Below are positions 11,314-24,370 of a stretch of 64,000 nucleotides of DNA, piece after piece. This DNA is from Scyliorhinus canicula (Eukaryota), in the NCBI RefSeq assembly GCF_902713615.1, contig NC_052154.1, positions 175,283,988-175,347,987 of the forward strand, written 5' to 3'. Numbering within the stretch: position 1 is the stretch's first letter; each line of letters starts with the position of its first letter. A model generated the notes under the pieces. That model saw nothing but the letters and a program-made list of their open reading frames with translations. It did not search any database and was not told the DNA's origin. The position numbers and the translations under genes are program-made.

Positions 11314-13357
11314 TTCATGGATGAAGGAGTAAGGAGCTTTTAAAACTTTGGCTGTTATTTATTTTCCAACTTTGAAATATAAAGTAATAAAATTGAAAAG
11401 TCGCAGTGTCACTGGACTGGCGTTATTCCAAGATCTGATTATTCATCAGAATACTGGGGAAACACACTCTAATGCATCATATTCATTTTTCCGCATGAGG
11501 TTAATGTTGTACTTGGTTTTGTTCTGTCCAGAGCTAAGTGTTAATACACAAGGTTCCAATGAATGGGCAGCACCTTGTCCATTACCAAGTCGGTTGGAAA
11601 CCACTTTTGCAAGGTAGCTTTCTCTTTAACAAGAAACAACTCTAACTCCTGCTGCCATTGTGCGTTTACCAGTAGTGGCAAAACCAAATAGGGATGGATG
11701 TTTAGAAGCAATATGATACACGCTGTTGGCAAACAAATGAAAGTATAATTAATGGTGTGTCAAATTTCTATTCATCCAGCTTTGAATTGTGATTGAGGAT
11801 TATCTAGTATAGGATGGTCAAATGCTTGATTTTTCTTCACCGGATATGGGTGTCACTGGCAAGGGCAGCATTTATTGTCCATCCCTAATTGTCCTTGAAC
11901 CGAGTGGCCGACTGGACCTGTTCAGAGGGAGGGTTAAGAATCAACCACATTGGTCTGGGTGTTGTGGGTATGGAGTCACATCTAGCCGACTTACCCGAAC
12001 AGTTGCCAGAATGTGACGATTAGGGGCTTTTCACAGTAACTTCATTCATGTGACAATAAAAGATTATTATTAGATAATAGATCGATAGGAGAATGGTTTG
12101 CATTTTATAGCAGACTTAATCTTTAGTTTTGTTCAAGTAAATGATTCTTATGCTTCAGTGATTTTTTTTTTTATTGATCACATGTGGAACTCAAATCAGG
12201 GTTGCAGAATTGTCTATTTGCAAGCTAGTTGCTTATCGTATTGTAATATCAAATTTTTACTGTAATCTGATGCATTTTCAAGGGGTTTTCTGCACATGAA
12301 GTAAATTTTGATGTTGAAAAAAATTGTGCTTTCAGTGAACCAGGACTAAACCAGTTTGCAATATTGATTGATTCAATTGGTATTTAATGAATTCTGTTCA
12401 TTTAAAAGCTGTCCCTTAATGTTAAGCATCAGGATATACTCTGACAATACTGATTGTTTCATTGTCTACTTTTGTGTAGTTTAAAAAAAATAAAGATCTA
12501 TAACTTCAAAACATTTTGTTGCACATAATTTGTAATTTACAGAGTTTTCTACTTATGTTCATTCCGTTCAATTATAGTTTACCCTGGTGAGGTAATGCTC
12601 TACATTTGTTTTAATTTTGGCTGAGAAATTTGACTTTCACCAAAAACTGGTGTGAAGCCTGTGGACAATCATTCTGCAGGATGGTTCCAAATGCAGTTCA
12701 AACCATTTCATCTCTGCTCCTCACTTGGTGCCATTGCTGAGTTGCAAACACTGCACAGGCGCCTTGGGGCAATTCGCGGGATCTGGGAGGCAAGGAAAAC
12801 ATTCGGGCCCTAAGCTGAGGCAGCAACGGCTTGGGAAAGGAGGAAGAGGATCAGGAAATTGTGAATGGATCACTGTTTTCCTGTGGCTCTACAAAAAGCA
12901 ATCCTACTCCCAAAACACAAAAACTCAAAATTGCCTTGCCCAGTTTTTGAGGAACTGATTTAAGAACCTTGGGCTATTCTGCACAATAACTATATAGGGT
13001 GTACATGACCCATGCTCCACCCAATTGGTGCTGAATTGTACATTTAGTGTCCTGGCACCAGTAGAGGACCCTTATTTACACATTTAAGTGGCCCACAATT
13101 ATCTCACTTATTGCTGCTCTTATCTCACCTCCTAGTGCTTCTGGTCCAGTGAAATGAATGTCAACATCTCTCTCCTCTTCCAGCTCAATCATTTGAGCCT
13201 TTACATTTTTATGCACAAAGCTCTTCAATATTCTCCTTCCATCTTTTCCTTATTTCATCCAGGGTTTATTAATGAAACACCTCCTTCATTCTCTATTGCG
13301 GTTGTTTTCAGTCCTTTATGCTGAGCATCACTAACCTCTCTTGTTTGTGCGCACATT

Positions 13358-13575
13358 GGGTGAGGTTTTCCATGCCCGCCCGCCCGCAGTGTGATTTGTG
13401 GCAGCAGAGGTGGCTTGCCATTGACTGGCGGTGGGATCTGCCAGTCCCGCCGCTGTCAATGGGATTTCCCGTTGTTTGCACTCTCTGCAAATTGCCCCAA
13501 GGTGCCTGTGTGGTGTTTGCAGCGGGGGTTGGGTGGATGGGGGGATAACTATAGGCGGGGCCGGAAGATCCGGCC
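13358..13575. mobile_element. GC-rich TIR element (MITE-like)
   Basis: Imperfect terminal inverted ends (GGGTGAGGTTTTCC ... GGAAGATCCGGCC). Internal sequence is shared with 18589-18909 and 19262-19390. Confidence 0.55.
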
Positions 13576-13869
13576 AGTCCAATTCTTCCAACATATCACA
13601 CTGCTCTTATAACCATTGTTTTTGTGTCTTCCTTGACTGTCTTCTTTACTCATTATTCTAGTGTCTGCATTTCAGTATTGATTTTCTTCCATTTTCTCCT
13701 TTTTTTCATCTTTTCCTATGCTGCCCTTGGAAATTGAACGCGGAGAAGTGTGGAGTGACTCATTTTGGTAGGAAGAATTGACAGAGAAATAATATAAAAC
13801 AAAAGGTACAATTCAAAAGTGGGTGCAGGAACAGGAGGACCTCTGTGTGTATAGTGCATAAGTGATTGA

Positions 13870-14150
13870 AGGTGGTCGGTTAGGTTGAGAGTGTGGTTAA
13901 ATAAAGTATGCATTGTCCTGGGCTTTATTAATAGAGGCAGAGAGTACAAGGGCAAGGACGTTATGTTGTATAAAACAGTGGTTCAAGCTCAACTGGAGAA
14001 TTGTGTTCAGCTCTGGTCGCCATACTTTAGGAAAGATGTGAAGGTATTGGAGAGGGGTCAGAAAAGATTCATGAGAATGTTTCCTGGGATGAGGAACTTC
14101 AATTATGAAGACAGATTGGAGAAGCTCGGGCTGTTATCCTTGGAGAAATG
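13870..14150 (+). mobile_element. CR1 LINE RT C-terminal fragment
   Basis: LGFINRGREYKGKDVML...LENCVQLWSPYFRKDVKVLERGQKRF. Confidence 0.85.
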
Positions 14151-14287
14151 AAGTGCAAGATTATTTCGTTACAAACAAGAATACTAATTATTAAAATCTA
14201 ACTACATTATTAGAAACTAAAATCTAACCTTGTAATTTACTTAGAATTGTCTTTATTAGACCTGATGTGGAAAAACACAGGGTGAGG

Positions 14288-14480
14288 GCAGAGGGGTCAA
14301 GGTAGAAGGGTCAAGGTAGAGGAGTCAAGGTAGAGGGGTCAAGGTAGAAGGGTCAAGGTAGAGGAGTCAAGGTAGAGGGGTCAAGTTAGAGGGGTCAAGG
14401 TGGAAGAGTCACAGTAAAGGGGTCAATGTGGCGGGTCACAGTAAATGGATCACAATAAAGAGGTCAAGGTAGCGGGGCCA
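14288..14480. repeat. 14-bp minisatellite (GGTAGAGGGGTCAA)n
   Basis: About 13 units; three variants cycle as a 42-bp period in the left half and decay to the right. Confidence 0.9.
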
Positions 14481-14971
14481 GGGAAGATAGATTCCGGAAG
14501 TTCATGTGAAGTACGTGTCAAGACCTTACTCACAATAAAAATCTACAAGACTCAAAACTATCTTTTGTGTGAGAATGGAATGTGATATATTTCTCTACCA
14601 GATAAGGAACCACAGGGTATGAACACATTGAGATACAAAGGCCATTACAAATTAAAAGTGGTTAGCAACAGACACATTAACTATACTTGATTGGCCAAAG
14701 AAAGAGTCCTCACATACGAGGTTGAAGATGATTGAGGTGAGGAAGGGATTAACTGGATACCAGCCAGGATAAATGATGCCCTGAGTTCGGTGTCGTCACA
14801 GTGGAGTGATGGACCATCCAGAGACAAGAACAAAACAAGACAAGAGACAAGGAGAGAGAAACAGGCAGAAACCATTAGTGTGCTCTACCACCCAGATCTT
14901 GACATGGACGTATAACACATTAAACTGTAAATCACCGCCCAAGATTGTTGACATGGTTCATCTGAGAACTT

Positions 14972-15581
14972 TTTAAAAAAAAATAATTTTTATTGGAATT
15001 TTTTACAGAAAATATAAAAATATAACAACAAGTATAGCAAAAAGCAGTAATATGCAACCAACAGCCCCATAACACCCACAATTCCCCCCATACCGTAACA
15101 TCACATGTATCACACTCCCCCCACCACCCCCCCCCCAACAAGAGAACTTAACCATAAATTAAAATTAAATAAATCAAATTTAAATAAAATAAGCCAACAT
15201 AATCAACGCCCCCCCCCCCCCCCCCCCCCCCCGGGTTGCTGCTGCTACTGTCCCAGTACCTTATCGTTGAGCCAGAAAGTCGAGGAAAGGTTGCCACCGT
15301 TTAAAGAACCCTTGCACCGATCCTCTCAGGGCGAATTTAACCTTCTCAAGCTTAATGAAGCCCGCCATGTCATTGATCCAGGTCTCCACGCTTGGGGGCC
15401 TCGCGTCCTTCCACTGTAGCAAAATCCTTCGCCGGGCTACTAGGGACGCAAAGGCCAGCACACCGGCCTCTTTCGCCTCCTGCACTCCCGGCTCTACCCC
15501 AACCCCAAAGATCGCGAGTCCCCATCCTGGCTTGACCCTGGATCCCACCACCCTTGACACCGTCCTCGCCACCCCCTATTG
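14972..15581 (-). mobile_element. 5'-truncated L1-type LINE (ORF2 C-terminus and 3' UTR) with 12-bp TSD
   Basis: ARRRILLQWK...WINDMAGFIKLEKVKF...FFKRWQPFL in ORF 15261-15572. ATCTGAGAACTT is duplicated at 14960-14971 and 15582-15593. Confidence 0.85.
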
Positions 15582-15850
15582 ATCTGAGAACTTAATAAAC
15601 TTGTCCTGACTTTGTCTCAATGAAGCCGATTCACAACAAAGCTTTGCTGCTGATTCTGTTCCTGTCTTAAAGAGGTACAAAGGTCCCCAAATCTGTACTT
15701 AAGACTGAGAGGAGATTTGATAGAATGTCAAAATCATGAGGGGTCTGGATAGGGTGGACAGGGAGAAACATCCCAATGGTGGAAGGATCGAAAACCAGAA
15801 GGTACAGATTTAAGGTAATTGGTAAAAGAAACAATGACAATGTGAGGAAA

Positions 15851-16445
15851 GTAAGAAGTCTTACAACACCAGGTTAAAATCCAACAGGTTTGTTTCAAAC
15901 ACTAGCTTTCAGAGCACTGCTCCTTCCTCAGGTAAATGAAGAGGTATGTTACAGAAACATATATATAGACAAAGTCAAAGATGCCAGACAATGCTTTGAA
16001 TGCGAGCATTTGCAGGTAATTAAGTCTTTACAGATCCAGAAATAGGGGTAACCCCAGGTTAAAGAGGTGTGAATTGTCTCAAGCCAGGATAGTTGGTAGG
16101 ATTTTGCAAGCCCAGGCCAGATGCTGGGGGATGAATGTAATACGACATGAATCCAAGGTCCCAGTTGAGGCCGTACTCATGTGTGCAGAACTTGGCTATA
16201 AGTTTCTGCTCAGCGATTCTGCGTTGTCGCGTGTCCTGAAGGCCGTCTTGGAGAACGCTTACCTGGAGATCAGAGGCTGAATGCCCTTGACTGCTGAAGT
16301 GTTCCCCAACTGGAAGGGAACATTCCTGCCTGGTGATTGTCACGCAATGTCCGTTCATTCGTTGTCGCAGCGTCTGCATGGTCTCGCCAATGTACCACGT
16401 TTCGGGACATCCTTTCCTGCAGTGCATGACGTAGACAAAGTTGGC
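15851..16445 (-). mobile_element. Penelope-like element 3' end (GIY-YIG endonuclease and terminal repeat), inserted into a CR1 3' fragment spanning about 15705-16700
   Basis: YVMHCRKGCPETWYIGETMQTLRQRMNGH...AEQKLIAKF. CAATGTGAGGAAA is duplicated at 15838-15850 and 16446-16458. Confidence 0.9.
15900..15934 (-). ncRNA. Minimal type I hammerhead ribozyme, apparently intact
   Basis: Minus strand reads UAC-CUGAGGA-A-GGAGC-AGU-GCUCU-GAAA-GCUA-GUG: intact core, stem II, palindromic AGCU stem III, and a 3-bp stem I. Confidence 0.7.
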
Positions 16446-16825
16446 CAATGTGAGGAAAATCCTTTTTATACAGCGAGTGGTTAGGATCTGGAATGCACTG
16501 CCTGTGAACGCGGTGGAGGAAGATTCAATCAAGGCGTTCAAAAGGAAATTGATTCAAGAGAGAATCTGAAAAGGAAGAATGTGCAGGGCTGCAGGGAGAA
16601 GGCAGGAGAGTGACACTGGGTAAATTGCTCTTCAGAGAGCTTGCACAGATATGATGGGCTGAATAGCCTCTTTCTGTGCTGTAACCATTTTATGATTAAT
16701 TCTGAGAACATTTTTCTGAAATGCGTGATTAGGATTTGGAATGCACTGAGCGTGGCAGATGCAGATTTAATAGCATCATCCATTACTGGTTAAGGAGAAT
16801 ATTATAGCCATACTGAGGGAGGGCT

Positions 16826-18570
16826 CATACAATGAGGCAATCTGGGTGGAGCTCAGGAGCAGGAAGGGGGCAATCATAATGTTGGACGTTTATTACAGGT
16901 CCCCCAACTGCCAACAAAAGATAGAGGAGCAGATAGGTAGAGAGATTTTGGATAGATACAAAAGTAACAGTGTTGTTGTGGTAGATAATTTTTATTTCCC
17001 CTATATTGACTGGGACTCGCTTAGTGCTAGGGGCTTGGATGGGGCAGAGTTTGTAAGGTCTATCCAGGAAGGCTTCTTGATGCAATATGTAGATAGTCCA
17101 ACTAGGGAAGGGGCAGTACTGGTTCAGGTATTGGGGAAAGAGTCTGGACAGGTGGTTGAGGTTTCAGCAGGGGAACATTTTGGGAGTAGTGACCACAATT
17201 CCGTAAGTTTTAGGATACTTTTGGATAGGGATGAGGGAAACCCTCATGTTAACAAAGAACAATGAATAATACAGCATAGGAACAGGCCCTTCAGCCCTCC
17301 AAGACTGCGCCGATCACGTGTCCTATCTAGACCAACCGCCTGCATCCTTCTAAACCCCGTCTGTTCATGTGCCTATCCAGATGAGTCTTAAAGGTCGCTG
17401 ACGTTAAGGTCCTAAACTGGGGAAAGGCAAATTACGATAACATTAGATAGGATTTGAAGAATTTTGATTGGGTGCAGTTGTTGGAGGGTAAATCAATATC
17501 GGACATGTGGGAGTCTTTCAAGCGACAGTTGATTAGGATTCAGGAAAGCCATGAACCTGAGAGAACAAAGGATAAGTGTGGGAAATTTAGGGAGCCTTGG
17601 ATAACGAGGGATATTGCGAACCTCGTCAAAATAAAAAGGAAAACTTTGTGCGGTCTAGAAGGGTGGGGACAGTCAAAGGCCTTCTGGAGTATAAAGAGAG
17701 TAGGAAGATACTTAAGCGGGAAATTAGGAGGGCTAGGAGGAGCCATGAAAAGTCCTTGGCAAGTAGGATCAAGGTTAATCCCAAAGCTTTTTATTCATAT
17801 GTAAAAAGCAATAGGGTGGCCAGGGAAAGGATTGGATGACTTAAGGACAGTGGGTCTATGTGTTGAACAAGAGGAAATGGACGAGGTACTAAATGAGTAC
17901 TTTGTATCAGTGTTCACCAAAGAAAGGGACTCTGTGGAAGATGATTCCTGGGCATGGTGTGTGGACAGTCTGAATCATGCTAACATCGAAAGGAGGAGGT
18001 ATTGGGTCTTTTAAAAGATATTAAGGTAGATAAGTCTCCTGGGCCAGATGGGATTTACCCCAGAATACTGAGGGAAGCAAGGGAGGAAGTTGATGGGGCC
18101 TTGACTGACATCTTTGTATCCTCATTGGCTACAGGTGAGATCCCAGAGGACTGGAGAATAGCTAATGTGGTACCACTGTTTAAAAAAGGTAGCAGAGATA
18201 ATCCTGGATATTAGGCCAGTGAGCCTCACGACGATAGCAGGTAAATTATTGGAGAGAATTCTCAGGGACACGATTTATACCCAGGACTCATTAGCAATAG
18301 ACAGCATGGTTTTGTGAGGGGGAGGTCGTGCCTCATTAACTTGATCGAGGTTTTTGAGGAGGTGACAAAGATGATTGATGAGGGAAGGGTGGTAGATGTT
18401 GTTTAAATGGACTTCAGTAAAACCTTTGACAAGGTGTCTTATGGCAGAGTGGTACAAAAGGTGAAGTCACACGGGGTCAGAGGTGAGGTGGTAAGATGTA
18501 TATAGAACTTGCTTAGTCACAAAAGGCAAAGGGTAGCAGTAGAAGGGAGTTTTTCTGGTAAACCAGCAAT
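16826..18570 (+). mobile_element. Fragmented CR1 LINE ORF2 (endonuclease, tether, RT), with an antisense CR1 3' insert at about 17250-17405
   Basis: DVYYRSPN, SDHNSVSF, KSPGPDGIYPRILRE and DFSKTFDKV motifs, with frameshifts and stops. Confidence 0.9.
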
Positions 18571-18588
18571 ATGGGGTGGCTTCAGTGG

Positions 18589-18909
18589 GGGGCTCGATTC
18601 TCCGGTCCCCAGCCGCATGTTTCTCGGTGGCAGGATGCAGGGCACCGTTCGCTGGCGGAGGGATTCTCTGCTCCCGCCAATGACAATGGAAATTCCCATT
18701 CAAGCCACCCCATGCCGCCGGGAAACCCACGGGCGGGGGGGTGCATTGCGGGCGGGACCAGAGAAACCTGGCGCCAGCGAATGGCCGGAGATTTCCGGCC
18801 GGGAAATCCCATTGACAGCGGCATGAACGGAGAATCCCGTCGGCAGCAAACAACGCCCTCCTTCCAGCGCCAAGAAACACGCGGCTGGGAGGCCAGAGAA
18901 TCCCAGCCC
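18589..18909. mobile_element. GC-rich TIR element
   Basis: Ends GGGCTCGATTCTCC ... GAGAATCCCAGCCC. Confidence 0.7.
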
Positions 18910-19984
18910 ACGGGCTTTTCGTGTTGACGCTCAGAGTGAATTCCATTCGTAATAGTTTTGATGTGGCTCATTCCCAATTTTAGTCAGAGCATCAGAGGGA
19001 GACACCAAGAGGAAACTGGAACATTTTCAACACTGCGCGTGGTGGGGGCAGGGGTTTGGGTGGGTGGATGCGGAGCTGTCATTCTCAGTTCCTGATTGAG
19101 TCGCATTGTCCCAGGTAAAGGCCACCTGTGTCCCATTCTCCAGAAGTGGTGCCAGTGATTTGAAAAAGGGAAGGAAACAATCTCTAAAATGGAGCTAAAA
19201 TAAATTTTATGAAGTAAAGCAGGTCTTAGAATGAAGCAAAATAAATTAAGCGAAAGCAATAAGGGGTGGAATTCTCCGTCCGTTCATGCCGATGGAATTC
19301 TCTGGTCCCGCTGCAGTGAATGGAGATTTGGCTGAGCGCCGAATTCCCGCTGGCAGCAGTGGTGAGGCGGATCGAAACAGAGAATCCGACTGAAGAGGGA
19401 TCAGCGTTCATTTGTGTCAAACCAGATGAATCCATAAATTAAAAGCACTTTGAAAAACAACCACTTTAATTCTCAGGGTTGTTGATCTCGCATTTACATC
19501 TCAGCAGTCTAAACTAACACTTAACCTAAACTACAGGTGGCAGTTTGTCGTTATTCTGATGTTCTTCTCTGTGGTATTCGTTCCATATTGTTCGAACCAC
19601 AAGCACAATGTATTTGTGCAGAGGGCTCCGCACATGTCTCAGGTAGAGTTTTTGGTGTCGATGAGATTCCTAAAGTAGCTTTTTGGACCTGTTGGTGAAG
19701 ATAACCGTCTTACCCATCAGAATTCCTTCCTTGGCTCGGACATTCGAAAGTCACGGACAGTGTTATGAAAAGTTGGGTTTCTTCGTGCCTGTAGTTTTTG
19801 CTGCAATTAATGCCTTTTTGGAATCGAAATGGCATCTGCACCGGCAATGTCTGTCATCTTCATATCTCACTTGCAGGTGTCTTATACCAGAGGTAAGGAA
19901 GATGAGGAGTCACCAGTTCACTGCACAGAGAGCTTTTGAGCATACGCACCTTTCCCCGCACCATCCCCTCACCTATTTCCTGTC

Positions 19985-20722
19985 TCCCTGAAGAATGTTC
20001 CCTTTTCAGATCAGGGTCCATTTAGCCTCTTGAAAGTCTCGATTGACAGTGCATTCCAGATCCTAACCATTTGCTGTGCGAAAGGAAACCCTCATGTCTC
20101 CATTGCTTTTTTTTTTTGCTAATTAACTGAAATTTCTGCCCTCTGGTTTCTTGATCCTTCCATTAGTGGGAACGGTTTCTCCCTCTCTACTCTGTTCGGA
20201 AAGCCGATGATCTTGAATACTTCTATCAAATCTCCTCTCAATCTTCTCTTCTCCAGGGAGAACAGTCCCAACCTCTCCAATCTATCTTCATGATTCAAGT
20301 TCATTGTCCCTGGACCCGTTCTCGTGAATCTTTTCTGACTCTCCCCAATGCTTTCACATTCTTCCTAAAGTGCAGCGCTCGGAACATAGAACATAGAACA
20401 GTACAGCACAGAACAGGCCCTTCGGCCCTCGATGTTGTGCCGAGCAATGATCACCCTACTCAACCCCACGTATCCACCCTATACCCGTAACCCAACAACC
20501 CCCCCCAACCTTACTTTTAAGGACACTACGGGCAATTTAGCATGGCCAATCCACCTAACCCGCACATCTTTGGACTGTGGGAGGAAACCGGAGCACCCGG
20601 AGGAAACCGACGCACACACGGGGTGTGTGCAGACTCCGCACAGACAGTGACCCAGCCGGGAACCGAACCTGGGACCCTGGAGCTGTGAAGCATTTATGCT
20701 AACCACCATGCTACCGTGCTCC
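19985..20722 (-). mobile_element. CR1 3' fragment (19985-20380) followed by a V-SINE (20382-20722)
   Basis: EDRLERLGLFSLEKRRLRGDLIEVFKI, then the SINE consensus. Confidence 0.8.
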
Positions 20723-21082
20723 ATATTCCATTTGAAGCCCATTTAGTTTGTAATACAAATTCAGCATAACCTCCTGCCTCCTGTACTCTGGGCCCCAATG
20801 GATAAAGCCCAGGATTTGATTTGATTTATTGTCACATGTACCGAATTATAGTGAAAAGTATTTTTCTGCGGCCAAGGGAATGTACACAGAACGTACATAG
20901 TAGATTAAAAAAAAATAATCGACAGAGAACGTTGAACGGTGATAAGAAACAAAAGAAAAGGGTCTGGGTGAGAGAGCTCGCAGAGAGTCGCCATGCATCG
21001 GCGCCATCTTGGATACTGCAGGCTTCAATTCCTGCTCTCTCAACCCATCCTGCCACCTTCAGTGATTTTTGCACATACACAC

Positions 21083-21347
21083 TGATGCGCGATCAATAAC
21101 TACTGAAACAAAGGAGTAGTCCCAATTGAACGCTTTTATCTACAAGATGTTTCCCCAGCAGCTCGAGTACAGAAAGAAGGATGGCTGCTGGGAAACACGG
21201 GTTCTTATACCCCGCCCCAATGGGCGGAGCTACCTTACGTCTCGACCAATGAAAAGGCAAACACTTGGGCCAATGAGCAGCGAGCCTTCTCCACCAATGG
21301 TAGCTCACATTCCCAGGTACCGTAGTACCTCTAGTCATACTACCACA
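21083..21347 (-). mobile_element. Solo LTR (Gypsy-type) with 5-bp TSD
   Basis: On -, starts TGTGGTA and ends GCGCATCA, with TATAA and AGATAAAA inside. CACAC is duplicated at 21078-21082 and 21348-21352. Confidence 0.85.
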
Positions 21348-21599
21348 CACACCCAGGTCTCTCTTCTCCTCCACCTCATTGAGAATGATACGCCTTATTT
21401 TATATTGTCTCTTCATTGTTTTCCTACCAAAATCAATCACTTCACACGTCTCTGCATTAAATTACATCTGCCACATGTTCTCCCATTCCAGCAGGGTTAA
21501 TAGGATGCACTGCGCTACACTGTCCTCTTCACAGTTTGCAATTCTTCCAAGTTTTAAAATTATCTGCAAACTTCCAAATTCTGCCCTGTACACATTCTT

Positions 21600-22095
21600 C
21601 TTTCTTAGTCAGTTCCTCGGAGTTGAGGGTGACTTGCTTCCACACTAAAACTGAGTTCTCAGGTGACCGAGGAGTCCGATGACTGACCTGCAGTCTCTGT
21701 AGCAGTGGGGCAGATGGCGGTGGGAGGAGCGGGTGGGTGAGGTTCCCCGGTTGCCACGTGCTCCGTTTCCTGTTGATGCTTGGCTCCAGCTTTCTCTCAC
21801 GGATGGAACCTGAGGTCTTCAGCTCCTTCCCACATACTGTTCCTTCAATTCGGGTGGTCTTGGGGCAGGGATTCCCAGGTGTCAGTGGGGACGGTGCACG
21901 TTTCCCATGAGACTTTGAGAGTGACCTCGAAGCCTTTCCTCTACCCTCCTGGGGCTCGCTTGTCGTGTCGAATCTCCAAGTAGAGGGCATGTTGTAGTAG
22001 TCTCGGGTCGGTGGACATTACGGCCCGCCCAGTGGAGCTGAATGTTGCTTGGTCAATGCTCGATGCTGGGAATGTTGGCCTGAGTGTAAACACTG
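21600..22095 (-). mobile_element. RTE-type LINE 3' fragment inserted in a CR1
   Basis: QHALYLEIRHDKRAPGG*RKGFEVTLK resembles the RTE ORF C-terminus. Flanks are contiguous CR1 RT sequence. Confidence 0.6.
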
Positions 22096-22970
22096 ATATT
22101 GGATTTCCAGGACCTTGTACACCAAGCTCTAGGTCATTAACATAGTCCATGAAAAGTTCAGCCCAACACCGACTCCTCATGAACTACATCACAAACCTTC
22201 CTGCAGCGCAAGAACTCTTTGTTTCCTGCCACTCAGCCAATTTCATATCCATGCTGCTCCAAAGCTTGAAAAGTCTTGTGAAGCCTTGTCCCATGATGAC
22301 TGGCATGTTGGGTGACCGATAGCAATATTCTGGGGGAGGATCAGGTAAAGATAGGAAGTCATAGAGTTATAGAGGTCTATCGTGTCACCCATCGTGTCTG
22401 TGCCGGGCAAAAACAACCACCTAAATATTCGATTCCCAGTTTCCAGCACTGGCCCATATCCTTGTATGCCTTGGCATCGCAAGTGCATATCTAGATAGTT
22501 CTAAAATGTTATGAGGGTCTCTGCCTCCACCATCTTTTAAGACAGTGAGTCCCAGACTCCCACTCCCTCTCTGGCTGAAAAGGCTTTTTTCCTTACATCC
22601 CCTCTAAACCTCCCGCCCCTTACCTTAAATCTATGCCCCCGGTCATTGATCGCAATACCAAGGGGAAAAGTTTCTACCAGTCTACTCTATCTATGCCCCG
22701 CATAATTTTATACATCTCAAGCATGTTCCCCCTCAGTCTCCTCTGCTCCAAGGAACACAATCCCAGTATACCCAATCTCTCTTCATAGCTAAATCTCGTA
22801 GCCCAGACAACATCTCCTGATAAATCTCCTCTGCTCCCTTCCCCATCCTATCACATCCCTCCTATAACATGGATTCCAGAACTGCACACAATACTCTCTC
22901 TCTGGCATACCCATCATTTTATCCAGTTCCAGCTTAACCTCCCTGCTCTGAAACTCGATGGTTGCGGTTT

Positions 22971-23329
22971 ACATAGAATTACATAGAATTTACAGTGCAG
23001 AAGGAGGCCATTCGGCCCATCGAGTCTGCATCAGCTCCTGGAAAGAGCACCCTACCCAAGGTTAACACCTCCACCCTATCCCCATAACCCAGTAACCCCA
23101 CCCAACACCAAGGGCAATTTTGGACACCAAGGGCAATTTAGCATGGCCAATCCGCCTAACCTGCACGTCTTTGGACTGTGGGAGGAAACCGGAGCACCCG
23201 GAGGAAACCCACGGCACACACGGGGAGGATGTGCAGACTCCGCACAGACAGTGACCCAAGCCGGGTATCGAACCTGGGACCCTGGAGCTGTGAAGCGATT
23301 GCGCTATCCACAATGCTACCGTGCTGCCC
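22971..23329 (-). mobile_element. V-SINE (HE1-like)
   Basis: Full head-to-tail consensus. Confidence 0.9.
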
Positions 23330-24370
23330 AAGTTTAATGGGGAAAAAAGAATCCTGTTCTGGGCGAGTAGGGAAGCGTGATTCCTGGCACTTACAGCTGA
23401 AAACCTTCCCGTTATTAAACGGAACTCTGCTTCTTTTTCAGGCCCCTGTGAGGAATGCCACACCGAGGTCGCACTCAGACCCATTTCCTGCACCGATATC
23501 TTGAGTCCCCCCAACCCGTGGCTTCCGGACCTCTCCAATTACAACCTACCAATTAGGGAGTCCTCGCTCGACACCACCACATCCCACCTCATAGGAGCAC
23601 AGCACCCCCTGGCCCAATCCCCAGCATGGGCAAGATGCCATTTGGGGTCTTTGGCATTGCCAGGGTGGCACCTGGGTGGCAGTGCCACGATGCCCGGGTG
23701 GCCACGGGGGTGCCAGTGTATCACTCCGCTCAGAGCCCGACCACCCAGGGCCCCACAAATTGCCGTTATGCTTGGTACACGTTTGTAGGGACCAGTGCTA
23801 AACAGCGGCAGGTGTCGGTCTCTGAGGTGAGGCCATTCGATTCCGCACTTTGGGTAAATCCAGCACCAACATTTTTAATGGATCACATCAATACATTCAT
23901 GCCCGGTTCATCGTGCATTCCCTTGCCTTCTTTGTCCTGCCCAAATGCATCACCTCACACTTATCCAAGATTGAATTCCATTTGTCACTGAGTAGCCCAT
24001 CTGACCAGCTATATCCTTCTGCAATCTCAGGCTGTCCTCACTATATACCACCCACCAATTTTCATATCGTCCACGAACTTACTGATTAACCCTCCGACCT
24101 CCATGTCAAATAATTTATATAAACCACAAACAGCAAGGGTCCCAACACTGATCCCTGCTCGACTCCATTCGACACAGGCTTCCAGTCAGAAAAATACCCC
24201 ATTACCATCATCCTCTGCTTCCTGCCACTCAACCAATTTTAGATCCAATTTGCCAAATTTCCTTGGATCCCCTGGGGCTTTACCTTCGCTATGAGTCTCC
24301 CATGTGGGACCTTATCAAAAGCCTTGCTGAAGTCCAAGTATCAAATGCACTGCCCTCATCTACACACCAG

